Shown here one piece after another: positions 40,537 through 52,662 of a stretch of DNA of 64,000 nucleotides. The position numbers were made by a program, and so were the translations under genes. This stretch comes from Okamejei kenojei. Lineage: Eukaryota. Location of the stretch: the NCBI GenBank assembly GCA_035221665.1, contig CM069146.1, forward strand, positions 58,342,001-58,406,000, in the 5' to 3' direction. How positions within the stretch are numbered: the stretch's first letter is position 1; the number at the start of each line of letters is the position of its first letter. The notes beneath the pieces were generated by a model. It was not told where the DNA came from. It saw only the letters and a program-made list of their open reading frames with translations, and made no database searches.

Positions 40537-41233
40537 AGACTTTATTAGAAGTATTATTTTTCAAAAAGATTGTAATTTTTTGGAAGTTTATCTTATTTGA
40601 TTGTCAGCATGAAAATATTTGGCCTTTAGTGATCCATTGTATGTTGCATTTTGTTTCCTGTCTGTCACAGTCTGGTGTTGCACTGTGCAAATCAAGTTTT
40701 CCTTGGTACCATTAATTTGAGGAATTCAAGGGCTTAAGTTAAATGTGTAGGAAAGAATTGCAGATGCTGGTTTAAATCGAAGGTAGACACAAAATGCTGG
40801 AGTAACAGCGAGTCAGGCAGCATCTCTGGAGAGATGGAATGGGTGACGTTTCGGGTCGAGACCATTCTTTAGACTCTGTCCCACTGAGTTACTCCAGCAT
40901 TTTGTGTCTACCTTCGGAATAAGTTAAATGCTGTCCTTGTACTGATGATCATATATCATGTTTTCATAATGTACGCTCATCTGCTCTAATTTAAATAGTT
41001 AAGAATAGGTCCAAAGCTCCAATCCAAAGCAAATTGGGCCTGCACTTATAGTGCAGAATCATCCACAGTACCAGGTGAACACGGAAATCAGTCATTAGTG
41101 GTGGGGAAAGAAAGATGGCAGGCAAGTGAAGCTAGTGATTAATGGTTCTATTGTCCTTTATTTTCACGCGTACCAAGGTACCGTGACATTTGATTTACCA
41201 TACACTCATACAAAAAAAGCAACAAGATACATA

Positions 41234-42694
41234 CAGTGGCTTGCAAAAGTATTCATACCCCTTGAACTTTTCCGCATTTTGTCATGTTACAACCACAAAC
41301 GTAAATGTATTTTATTGGGATTTTATGTGATAGACCAACACAAAGTGGTGCATAATTGTGAAGTGGAAGGAAAATGATACATAGTTTCCAGATTTTATTA
41401 CAAATTAAAAAACTGAAAAGTGTGGCGTGCAAAAGTATTCAGCCCCCCCGAGTCAATACTTTGTAGAACCACCTTTCGCTGCAATTACAGCTGCAAGTCT
41501 TTTGGGGTATATCTCTACCAGCTTTGCACATCGAGAGACTGAAATTTTTGCCCATTCTTCTTTGCAAAATAGCTCAAGCTCAGTCAGATTGGATGGAGAG
41601 CGTTCACAGACTTTTCAAGTCTTGCCAGAGATTCTCAATTGGATTTAGGTCTGGACTTTGACTGGGCGATTCTAACACATGAATATGCTTTGATCTAAAC
41701 CATTCCATTGTAGCTCTGGCTGTATGTTTAGGGTCGTTGTCCTGCTGGAAGGTGAACCTCCGCCCCAGTCTCAAGTCTTTTGCAGACTTTAACAGGTTTT
41801 CTTCCATGATTGCCCTGTATTTGGCTCCATCCATCTTCCCATCAACTCTGACCAGCTTCCTTGGCCCTGCTGAAGAATAGCATCCCCACAGCATGATGCT
41901 GCCACCACCATGTTTCACAGTGGGGATGGTGTGTTCAGGGTGATGTGCAGTGTTAGTTTTCCGCCACACATAGCGTTTTGAATTTAGGCCAAAAACTTCA
42001 ATTTTGGTCTTGCTGTGTCCCCCACATGGCTTGTGGCAAACTGCAAACGGGACTTCTTTAGGCTTTGTTTCAACAATGGCTTTCTTCTTGCCACTCTTCC
42101 ATAAAGGCCCGATTTGTGGAGTGCACGACTAAGAGTTGTCCTGTGGACAGATTCTCCCACCTGAGCTGTGGATCTCCTCCAACTCTTTCCATTTTCGGAT
42201 GATGGATTGAGCAGTGCTCTGTGAGATGTTCAAAGCTTGGAATATTATTTTATAACCTAACCCTGCTTTAAACTTCTCCACAACTTTATCCCTGACCTGT
42301 CTGGTGTGTTCCTTGGGCTTCATGATGCTGTTTGTTCACTAATGTTCTCTAACGAACATCTGAGGCCTTCACAGAACAGCTGTATTTATACTGAGATTAG
42401 ATTACACAGAAGTGGACTCTATTTACTAATTAGGTGACTTCTGATTGGCAATTGGATTTTATTTAGGGGTATCAGAGTAAAGGGGGCTGAATACTTTTGA
42501 ACGCCACACTTTTCAGTTTTTTATTTGTAAAAAGATTTGAAAACCATGTATCATTTTCCTTCCACTTCACAATTATGCACCACTTTGTGTTGGTCTATCA
42601 CATAAAATCCCAATAAAATACATTTACGTTTGTGGTTGTAATGTGACAACATGTGGAAAAGTTCAAGGGGTATGAATACTTTTGCAAGCTACTG
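41234..42694 (-). mobile_element. Tc1 DNA transposon with long TIRs, internally deleted transposase
   Basis: TA flanks; TIRs of about 210 bp starting CAGTGGCTTGCAAAAGTATTCATACCCC; transposase pieces MKPKEHTRQVRDKVV and VKHGGGSIMLWG..FQQDNDPKH..SPDLNPIENLW. Confidence 0.96.
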
Positions 42695-43270
42695 TAACTG
42701 CATAAAGATTAAACATAGACTTAAGGCGTGTGAGAATCCCCAGGGCACACCGCATAAGCGGAGACAATAGACAATAGGTGCAGGAGTAGGCCCTTCGAGC
42801 CAGCACCGCCGTTCAATGTGATCATGGCTGATAATCCCCACGGGTGTCGGGGGGGTTATGGGGAGAAGGCAGGAGAATGGGGTAGAGGGGGAAAGATAGA
42901 TCAGCCATGATTGAAGGGCAGAGTGTTGTTGGGCCGAATGGCCTAATTCTGTTCCTACAATGTATGAATTTATGAAATATAATAGGTTAAGCACAATTAC
43001 TCCACAGAGCTTCAGAAACTTTGAAAAGTCTCAAGAAAGAAATTATCTCAGCTAATTAATGAAAACATTCAGAAATACTTTGGTCACTGCAGGATTCAAG
43101 GTGTAGGTTCTGAAAATAGTTGCACAGTTTAACCAAGAGGCTAATCTGATCTCCCTTGTTTACACTGGAGACTGCAGATAGTGGTTTTAATAGAGTATTA
43201 TTCTCTAAGATAAAATGAGTAATTAAAAGCCAGTTGTGACAGTTGACAAAGAAGGTTGTTAATTGCGCAG

Positions 43271-43367
43271 GTTCTGCGGAAGAACAATAAGGATGTGCTG
43301 ACGGTTGTTGCTGCGGGCGTGACAATGCGCGAGGCATTGGCTGCAGCTGCGGAGCTGGCCGAAGAGG
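43271..43367 (+). CDS. TKT: Transketolase exon 12
   Basis: VLRKNNKDVLTVVAAGVTMREALAAAAELAEE, AG/GT, 97 nt. Confidence 0.93.
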
Positions 43368-44567
43368 GTAATTATAAACTGGTGCACATGTACCGATCAA
43401 GCTTCTCTCCTGCTGCACATGCACCTCTCTTCTGCAGCAGATTCTTTCTTCAATATACCTTAATAATTGCATAGTCCTGACACATTTTATAAAACGCAAT
43501 ACATCTTACATTGTGATTTAATCACTCTCAAAGTTACACTCTCCTTGGGCTAATCAATGAACATGATTGGAATTAAAAGGATAATTAATAAATAGGTGTG
43601 TTGGGAATATTATAGAACTGCAAAACCTCTAAGGTGCCCCGTTCCCTTTCGTATGAGGTTCAAGTTTCACCCAGCATCTGCAGAAAATCTACAGACTTGC
43701 TCAAAACAAGTTTTGTGACCCTATCTGAAGTTAGAGCCACTGAAGCAAGGACTGGATTTCTGAGTGAATGTGCACATCAGCAAGTTTCTACATCACAGCA
43801 TTGACTAGCAATGTAAACGTTTGAATGTGGTTACACTGGAAATTATCCCATTTATTTTTTCCATTTGTTAATTACATCATAGATGTGGACCCATGTATGA
43901 ACAGAAACTATTCTCTTTTGGCTCTCTCACTGAAACAGGAAACATGTATTGTCAATCAATAAAATGTAGATGCTGGTAGTGTGAAACAAAACAATGGTTT
44001 GAGACACTGGTCATTCCAGGCAGCAGTTGTGGAGCAGAGACACAGGACATTAAGGGCTGATGATCTTCATCACAACGTGTGTTATTTGGTTGAAATGAAA
44101 GGCATAATTTGTGAACAGATATAAATATAAATGTAAATATATGGTAGTTGTGTCACTGTGAAAGTTTGTACTTTATGCAAGCAGCTGCTACCATTGACAA
44201 GAAATGGCCAAAGTCAGGATGCTTCTAGTGTTCAGTGACTAATGATATGATATCATGCTGATCCAAGACTGTTCAGGATATGGCAAAGGAGGTGAGGTGG
44301 AGGAAGGCCAGTACTGAGGAACAGAGGGTGGTTTGGAAGGGAGAGGATGGTAATGCAAGGAAAGATACAAAGTTGGCAGGGTAACATTTACTGACAACGA
44401 TATCAAAGAATCGGAGGACCAGGGGAACTGGGATAGGCTGAGTCACCGAGTCACATTCTTCGCACTTGCATTGAAATAATTGTTTTTCATCTTTATTTGA
44501 AACTATTCATATATTTGCATTATGTGTAATATAATTAATTTGCCTTAAAATGCATCTGATGTTCCAG

Positions 44568-44690
44568 GTATATACATTCGAGTGATTGATCCATTTACTA
44601 TCAAGCCGATTGATGATCAAACAATCACTTATTGTACTAAATGCACCAAACTGAAGAAGATTATCACTGTGGAAGACCACTATTATGAAG
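44568..44690 (+). CDS. TKT: Transketolase exon 13
   Basis: IYIRVIDPFTIKPID..ITVEDHYYEG, 123 nt. Confidence 0.96.
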
Positions 44691-45506
44691 GTAAGATTTT
44701 AAAATCCATTTGAACAAAGGTATGTGTGGATAAAACTCTGGCTTTAGCTATTTGTATAATTTATGGAATGGGTCAAATCATGTTCATAGTTAGCTTGAGA
44801 GTGGTGAGTTGAGAGTTAGACTTTATTCCCTCTAATCATTGATATAGTTGCAACCTAATGTCACAGAACAGAATCCAGCTTCTTGTTAGCAGAAGTTGCA
44901 GCTGAGGTTGGTGGAGTTGCTTCTGCCCAAGTCTATCATGAACGTTACATCTTACAAATGCGATGGCCTTCTGTATGAGGAGAACTGAGCACTCCTAGCT
45001 GGTGACATTCTTTAAATGTATTACTTCATCCCAATTTCAAATATCTGTTCTTAATAAACAAAAATTATTATTTTATTTCCAATTTCAACTATGTTTCTAG
45101 TCTGACAATTTTTTTTTAGTTTAGAGATACAGGGAACAGGACCTTCGGCCCACCGCACCGACCAGCGACCACCCTGTACACTAGCACTATCCTACACACA
45201 CTAGGGACAAGTTACAATTTTACCAAGCCAATTAACCTATAAACCTGGTCAACTTTGAAGTGTGGGAGCTCCTGGAGAAAACCCACCCAGGTCACAGGGA
45301 GAATGTACAAACTCAGTACAGACAGCATCACTATGCTGCAGTGGAAGGATTTACAATGAGCCCAATTTCTGGTTGTTCGCGTGCCCCAATCCTGTGTTTT
45401 TACTATCATTGTACAATTGGTCTTTGTTTGAATATGTTTGATTAAATTTAACAATACATCCATTTTTCGGATGGTCAGCATCACAGGGTGTTCTCTTTGG
45501 TTGCAG

Positions 45507-45685
45507 GAGGTCTTGGTGAAGCAGTGACAGCTGCAGTTGCTCTGGATCCTGTGATAAAGGTGCACCGCATGGCAGTGTCTGGCGTGGCATTCAGCGCTAC
45601 GTCAGCCGAGCTCATGGAGAAGTTTGAGATTGATGCAAAAGCAATAGTGAAAACTGTGAAAGAGCTCAGTGAGGACCAGTACTAG
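45507..45685 (+). CDS. TKT: Transketolase exon 14 (stop)
   Basis: GLGEAVTAAV..IDAKAIVKTVKELSEDQY-stop. The 14 exons sum to 1887 nt, an intact 628-aa frame. Confidence 0.95.
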
Positions 45686-46706
45686 TCCCCAGGTCGTGGG
45701 CTAGCAGTTGATCGCTTTCTGTCATTTGTTTGAAATAGCAAGCTGCTTCATGTGTTTCGTGGATTTGCGTAATTAGTAAACTTGAAAATGAACTAAGGAA
45801 GTTAACTTGGGAAATATTGAAGTAGTCTCTTTAGTGACTAGTGTTGGCTGTGACGGTTTATGGCCATTGGGAGAATGTTCTGTTCTGGTGCTATTAATGT
45901 TCACAAACATATCAATGGTTCTGTTTTGGTGCTGCACTAATATTCACAAAACACATCAACTAAAGGTGTGTGGTTGGGTCTGGTCCGTGATTTAGTTTAA
46001 AGCAGCACTTGTGGAAAGCCATCCCATGCCTATTTGTCCTGGAGGTCCCTGTGGCCAGAATCTGTTCAGCTCTCAGTAACAATCACACTCACCCCAAGCT
46101 GCTGTTTCAGACTAAACCAACCAAGCACAACCTCAGCATACTGTTTCAATGTGTACGGTTTCAGCTGTCCATTCTCACTGTCACAGACTTATTACTCCCC
46201 CCTCTATAAACGTGCCCACCTAGCTTCCCCTCAGATGTGGTTTTCTACACCATCTTTGGGAATTTCAGACCCTTTCATCCCGTGCTTTCCTGCACCTGCC
46301 TCACCTTATCTCATCCAACTTATTACTAATAAAAATACCTTTATTTTTTGAAAATGGTGCAAGATAAATAACATTGCAACTGAAATGTTCCTGCCTCCGA
46401 CCCTTTCTCCCCAATGACAATAATTTTTATAATAACATTTTTCTACAACACAAGGTTTATTAGGAACGCAACTGTTGCGTTAGAGCAGAACCACCTTGTA
46501 CGTCTATCTCCTCTCGCCACAATGTTCAAATAGCGACCACACAAAGTTGCTGGCTAATTTTCAGAGTCCGGTAAACTACTTTAGTAGTAAATAAGAACCA
46601 AAGTAACATTGAAAATGAGGCTGCTGTTAGTGACATGCCAGTCAGGTTCACATAATGCTGCGTACGTTTTTTGCTGGGATCGTTTTTTTAAAATGTTGGA
46701 AAGATT

Positions 46707-46973
46707 TTAATTAAAAACAAAGTTATTTTGAATGTTACTTAAATAATTTTTTGAATATACAATAATTTTCAATGTAAGTGCATAGTTTAGAAATGCAGGT
46801 TTTCTTTGGGGAATACTATGGTACAGCAAGATAATAAAATTTGCACAAACATAAAATGTTCTGGAGTTTTCTTGTGGCTGTCCATCAATGAATTTAGCTT
46901 CCACTTGTCGCTGTAAATGGAGCCGTTCTATCAGCTGAAGGATACTCTGGGCAGCAGGGTCGATGGAAGCTGG
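46707..46973 (-). CDS. Uncharacterized gene, candidate last exon
   Basis: Acceptor GATTGTATTGCAG, phase 0. PASIDPAAQSILQLIERLHLQRQVEAKF... The 3' half looks UTR-like, so the true end is uncertain. Confidence 0.55.
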   Translation of the reverse strand, partial: PASIDPAAQSILQLIERLHLQRQVEAKFIDGQPQENSRTFYVCANFIILLYHSIPQRKPAFLNYALTLKIIVYSKNYLSNIQNNFVFN

Positions 46974-47283
46974 CTGCAATACAATCACAACATGATTTAA
47001 AAAATATGCACAATTAGAATAAAGTCACAATGAAGTTCCACCATTGTCATCAGTTAATTTTATTTTTTGCCACAACTCTTGGCCAAAATACTTATTAGAC
47101 ATGTTTAAGATACTTTCATACAGTAGTATAGTGGGCTGAACATTTTCCTCAACTTCAAAGGAGTAAGATGGGCACAAAAAGCTGCAGTAACTCAGCGGGT
47201 CAGACACCAACTGGAGAAATGGAATAGATGGCGTTTTGGGTTGACGCCCTCCTTAAGCTGTGAAGTTAGTGTTAGTTTTGTAC

Positions 47284-47477
47284 CTTGACGGTGTAGTCTC
47301 TAATCTGGGCAAGTGTCTCAACCTTCCTCTTGGGTGAACTATCTCCCAACAGAAAAGGATCCTGTGAAGAACTGGACCTGTTACAATCTATTCTTGTTCT
47401 TTCTTCCCAAATCAGCCCCATTCCATGAGTCAGGTGATTACACTGGGATTTGTGCTGCTCAGATTGATTGCTGTTCC
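47284..47477 (-). CDS. Uncharacterized gene, internal exon
   Basis: Acceptor CCCATCCTAG, donor GTACAA, 194 nt, phase 1 to 0, open. Confidence 0.6.
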
Positions 47478-47738
47478 CTAGGATGGGCATCAGTGGGGAA
47501 ATAAATGGGTTCTCTCATCTGACAAATGTTCAACAGATTTTAACGCGGGGGCATCACACATGAACTCCACGGTGACCCTTTATTGTACAATTCCACTTAT
47601 TTGCCTGATTTTTGGAGACTTTAAGAATAAGAATCTTGGCCACATTTTACATCCCAGATCACTAATGGACGAGATGCTGGAAGATGTGGTTTAAATTAAT
47701 CCAGTTGCACACGGATCAATTTCCTGCAGACGTCTCAC

Positions 47739-47818
47739 AGGGCACAAAACACCACGTCTCCTGAGCAGCGCCTCCTATATACTGTGACCTGGTCTCCCAC
47801 AGCAGACATGTCAAGGCA
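47739..47818 (-). CDS. Uncharacterized gene, internal exon
   Basis: Acceptor CTTTTACAG, donor GTGAGA, 80 nt, phase 2 to 1; ALTCLLWETRSQYIGGAAQETWCFVP. Confidence 0.6.
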
Positions 47819-47999
47819 CTGTAAAAGTACCACCAACTCTGTCTCTACAGAATCCATCACAGTTTAACAGTTTAGTTTATTGTCACGTGTAACGGGGTAC
47901 AGTGAAAAGCTTTTGTTGTGTGCTATCCAGTCAGCAGAAAGGCAACTCGTGAACCGAGGTCAGTGTTCTCTCCCAGCCCAACACTGATGCCCAACTTAC

Positions 48000-48129
48000 G
48001 CTGAATCAGTTCTGGGGAAAGCCACATCTTTGGCATTCCTGATACCATTCTCCCAAACACTTATAAATGCTTCTAAAAGAGTTAGGGATGTAATGTCCTC
48101 GCTGAATGTTGGGAATCCCTGGTCTCCGT
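48000..48129 (-). CDS. Uncharacterized gene, internal exon
   Basis: Acceptor CTTCACTTTAACCAG, donor GTAAGT, 130 nt, phase 1 to 2; GFPTFSEDITSLTLLEAFISVWENG. Confidence 0.62.
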
Positions 48130-48424
48130 CTGGTTAAAGTGAAGTTGGAATGCTATTGAAAGCCTTGATTTTGCCAAGAAGACTTGCAGAAGTGCACCAC
48201 TCCACAAATAACAAGGAAAAGCTGGAGGGCAGATCTGTGCAACAGTCCATGAGTGCACAAGAAATTATCAATACGAGGAACTGCACATACTGGTTTACAT
48301 AAAAAGACACAAAGTGCTGGGATCATTCAACAGATCAGGCAGCATCTCGAGAACACAGATAGTGACATGGATAGTGACCCTTCTACAGACATTTCAAGAA
48401 ACGGTCAGGAAACATAAGAAACTG

Positions 48425-48835
48425 GCTTGTCCAACACACGTCTCCTGAAACAGATCCTGTACTCTCAACTGAAGGAGGTCGGCGAGCCCCCGGTGGGCCA
48501 AAGAAACGCTTCAAGGACAACAGTGAAGAAATTCCACATCACCTCAAGCAACTGGGAGCACATTGCACTGGACAGGCGCTCCTGGAGGAATTCCGTGCAG
48601 GAAGAAGCTGCACGTTATGAAACAGAACTATGCCGTGTCGCAGAGACAAAGCGACAACACCGTAAGGAGAGAGCGAAGGGGCTCGACTACCCACCACCGC
48701 CAGTCTCCACTGTCCACGTTGCACCAAGGTGTGTGGATCGCGGATCGGCCTCTACAGACATCTGCAGACCCACAAGTAGACGACCCTATGGAGAGGAGAG
48801 GACAGTCATACTCGTTTCGAGTGACCGCCAATGAT
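48425..48835 (+). mobile_element. RTE-clade LINE 3' fragment
   Basis: RLLKQILYSQLKE..WEHIALDRRSWR plus a frameshifted C2H2-like end (CPRCTKVCGSRIGLYRHLQTH). Confidence 0.8.
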
Positions 48836-49151
48836 CATGTTGCTTTTTTGTGCAACTGTGGCAAATAAAATTTCACTGTACCTCGGCACACGTGACAATA
48901 AAGAACCATTGAACCATTATTTATTCAAATGCAAAGTGGTCGGTGTGTGGGAATATGATGTTGCAATCACATTGGTCTGGTTGAGGAAAGGACAGGCGTT
49001 CCAGGATGGAATCTTCAGGCATGATGTGAAAGAGGGAATGGCATTGAAATATGGATTAAGGAATCCATTATGGTGGTATAAGAGGATATCCTTGAGGTTT
49101 TTCAAACAAAACTATGTGTGTAGAATTTAAAAAGAAAATAGGGTTGATCAC

Positions 49152-49210
49152 TTCTAATCCTATGTTTGGCAGATGAGGCTTGTGGGGTATAACTTGTATA
49201 AATTTTGCAG
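49152..49210 (-). CDS. Uncharacterized gene, small candidate exon
   Basis: Acceptor TTTGATTTCAG, donor GTGATC, 59 nt; phase 2 to 1 bridges its neighbours. Confidence 0.4.
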
Positions 49211-49390
49211 CTGAAATCAAATATTATTTTATTAAACTCTAAACTGCTGCAATTTTTTCATTGGTGAACTATTACTGTTTGTAAAATCTTAATTCAACGT
49301 TTCAAACCAATTCCAACTATCGTGGCACTCAAAACCAGGATAATATAGAGTTAAATGAATGATAAAAACAAATCAATAATCAAACTATTA

Positions 49391-50177
49391 TGGGCTGCAT
49401 GGTGGCACAGCCACTGCCTTACAGCACCAGAGACCCAGGTTTGACCCTGACAACGGGTTCTCCCTGTGACAGTATGGGTTTTCCCCAGGAGCACCAGTTT
49501 CCTCCCACATCCCAAAGACGTGCAAATTTCCCGGTGCGGCAGAGGTTCATCTGCACCTCCTCCAACCTCATCTATTGCATCCGCTGCTCTAGGTGGCAGC
49601 TGCTCTACATCGGTGAGACCAACACAGGCTTGGCGATCGCTTCGCCCAACACCTCCGCTCGGTTCGCAATAACCAACCTGATCTCCTGGCGGCTCAGTAC
49701 TTCAACTCCCCCTCCCATTCCGAATTCACCTTTTCTGTCCTGGGCCTCCTCCATGGCCAGAGTGAGTCCCACCGCAAATTGGAGGAGCAGCACCTCATAT
49801 TTCGCTTGGGTAGTTTACACCCCAGTGGTATGAACATTGACCTCCAATTTCAGGTAGTCCGTGCTTTCTCCCTCCTTCCCCTCCCCTTCCCAGCTCTCCC
49901 ACAGCCCACTGTATCTGCCTCTTCCTTTCTTCTCCCCAACCCCCACCCCCACATCAGTCTGAAGAAGGGTCTCGATCCGAAACTTCACCTATTCCTTCTC
50001 TCCATATATGCTGCCTCACCCGCTGAGTTTCTTCAGCATTTTTGTCCACCTGCAAATTTCCCTTCGTGTGTTGGGAGTACATAAGTGGGATAACATAAAA
50101 CTAGTGAACGGATGATCAATAGTCGGCGTGGACTCGGTGGGTCGAAGGGCATATTTCCACACTATCTCTAAACTAAA
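49391..50177 (+). mobile_element. HE1-like SINE split by a Penelope insertion
   Basis: SINE head and core at 49391-49532; the tail resumes at 50051. Confidence 0.75.
49533..50050 (+). mobile_element. Penelope-like element 3' fragment (GIY-YIG endonuclease plus tail)
   Basis: NLIYCIRCSR..LLYIGET..LEEQHLIFRLGSLHPSGMN; 12-bp TSD TGCAAATTTCCC at 49521-32 and 50051-62. Confidence 0.92.
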
Positions 50178-50687
50178 TGGAGCTATTGTAAAACAAATTA
50201 CATTTATGGTCCCCATTTCCTGGGCAATTCTGTTTTCAAACACAGGGTGGCGGTAGTGAGTTAGCAAAGTTAAATTAACTCCTCGTGTAATAAGGGTACA
50301 CAAAAGGCTGGAGAAACTCAGCGGGTGCAGCAGCATCTAAGGAGCGAAGGAGATAGGCGACGTTTCGGGTCGAGATCCTTCTTGTAATAAAATGGAACTG
50401 CAGATTTATACCAAAGATATACACAAAATGCTGGAGTAACTCAGTGGGCCAGGCTGCATCCCTGGAGAACATGATACTTGGAAACTGTTCATTACTAATG
50501 TCAACTATGTTTATAGAGTACAGGGCAAAAGCAGGCGTTCTGAGTTAGTTCCCTGAACTGCTGTTGTCATCAAAAATCACAGTGCTATCTTTAAGAAGGA
50601 ACTGCAGATGCTGGAAAATCGAAGATAGACAAAAATGCTGGAGAAACTCAGCGGGTGAGGCAGCATCTATGGAGCGAAGGAAATAGG

Positions 50688-50716
50688 GAACGTTTCGGGT
50701 CAAGACCCTTCTTCAG
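50688..50716 (-). ncRNA. Minimal hammerhead-ribozyme-like motif in a Penelope-tail element
   Basis: CTGAAGA-A-GGGTC-TT-GACCC-GAAA-CG-TTC: CUGANGA box, stem II, GAAA box and NUH. Activity untested. Confidence 0.55.
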
Positions 50717-50796
50717 CCTCGCCCGCTGAGTTTCTCCAGCATTTTTGTCTACCATAGAGCTATCTTTGGTTGTCACAGCATGGGGTTCAGTCTCAC

Positions 50797-50997
50797 GAGG
50801 ATGAATTCCCCCTCCCCTCCGCCTGTCTCAACCTTCTGACGGGCTGAAGCAAGTTTAGAATTCGGTATGAACCTGCAGTTACTCCGTCACTAAGTGCAGT
50901 CAAAGCAACAACTGGTGCTTCACAATTAGTTATTGCCTTTATCTGTTGCAAGCTTCCATCCGTCCTCTTTGTAGCCTGTACGTTGGCCATGTAACAT
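50797..50997 (-). CDS. Uncharacterized gene, candidate internal exon
   Basis: Donor GTGAGA, weak acceptor, 201 nt, phase 2 to 2; CYMANVQATKRTDG..EAPVVALTALSDG. Confidence 0.45.
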
Positions 50998-51635
50998 CTA
51001 CCTCTCTTCATTTAAACATTGGACATATCCACAGCTGACCAACGATTGCAGGCTCTGAGTACAAGAACAAAATTGATTAGTGCGGCTGTCAGAAGTTACG
51101 GGGAGAAGGCAGGAGAATGGGCTTGAGAGGGAGAGATAGACCAGCTATGATTGAACGGCAGAGTGGACTTTATGGGCCAAATGGCCTAATTCTGCTTCTT
51201 TCACATGAATTTATGACCAGAGTCAGATTAATTTTACACTACTAACACTGCACAAAGGATTTATTTTTTAATCTTTTGTTCTTAATATGTCAAAAGGGGT
51301 GAAAAAGAGTGCCGATGCAAAATGTCACAAAATGTTTTTTGGTGAACCAGTTCCTTGTTTCTCTATTCTTTATATATCCTTCAATCTTATTATTTTGTTT
51401 TGTATAAAATTAAGTATCAACTTATTAAGCATTAATGTGAGAAAAATTGACTTTATGCTGCTTCCCACAATCCCAAAGCACTTTACGACCAATTAACAAC
51501 TGTTGAAGGATGATCACTGCTGTAATTGGGGACCTTATTAGTGACAATATTGTGCTACTAGGCAGACAGCCTCTGTGCTAAAAGTGGATAAATCCTGGGA
51601 TAAGTGCCCTGTCCTCAGTCTCTGTGATGCCAGTG

Positions 51636-51860
51636 CTTAACTAATTTTTTGGAATTTTTTGAGGACGTAACAAGTAGAATGGATAAGGGGGAGCCAGTGG
51701 ATGTGGTGTATCTGGACTTTCAAAAAGCCTTTGACAAGGTTCCACACAAGAGATTAGTGTGCAAAATTAGAGCACATGGTATTGGGGGTAGGGTATTGAC
51801 ATGGATAGAGAACTGGTTGGCAGACAGGAAACAAAGTGGAGGAATTAGCGGATCTTTTTC
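51636..51860 (+). mobile_element. CR1 RT fragment
   Basis: EFFEDVT..VYLDFQKAFDKVPH..WIENWL. Confidence 0.85.
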
Positions 51861-52555
51861 ATCCTTAGCATCTGAGAGGTTGGTTCAAAATCTATTAACA
51901 GCAGGGGAGAAACTGTTCCTGAGTGGTGATGTGTATTTTCTGCCCATATAACCAGAGTGTGAGTGGTCCTTGATTATGTTGGTTGCTATCATGAGAAGTG
52001 TAGATGGAGTTGATAGTGGTCCGTGTGATAGACTGTACTACATTCACAAGTCTCTTCAATTTCTTCTGGTCTTGGGCAGGGCAGTTGCCAAGCCAGACCA
52101 AGTTGGGATACATCAGATAGGAGGTTTACTGTGGTGCATCTGTATAGAATTGTCAGCAATGTGCTGGATTTCCTTGTTCTTCTGACGGAGTAGAGGCATT
52201 GGTGTGCATCTGGCCGCCGCTGTTTGTAGCCTTAACCCTTTGCCATCTTCATCCCTCCTCTTTCCTGGTGTCTTTCTGTTGTTCCTTCTGCGCTTCTCTT
52301 TGGGGGAAGAGGCACGTCAGGATGTCCAGGGAGGGAGGCCATTAAGGTTTATAAAGAGTGCAGGAAGGAACCGCAAATGCTGGTTTAAATTGAAGCTAGA
52401 TACAAAATGCTGGACTGAAGGAGGGTATCGACCCGAAACGTCACCTATTCCTTCTCTCCAGAGATGCTGCCTGTCCCGCTGAGTTGCTCCAGCATTTTGA
52501 GTCAATTAAGGTTAATAAAGAACTCTGGGCTAATATCTGTAACCAACATTGTCAC

Positions 52556-52662
52556 CTTGGTGCAGTCGACCCTCGGGAAGTGGATCCTCTGGGCAAACCT
52601 AGCTCAGCTGCTGCTCTCTGTACAAGGAGTAGAATTACCCTTTCCTTAGATGGAGATGCTCC
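52556..52662 (-). CDS. Uncharacterized gene, candidate internal exon
   Basis: Donor GTGACA, 107 nt, phase 0 to 2; GASPSKERVILLLVQRAAAELGLPRGS. Confidence 0.5.
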
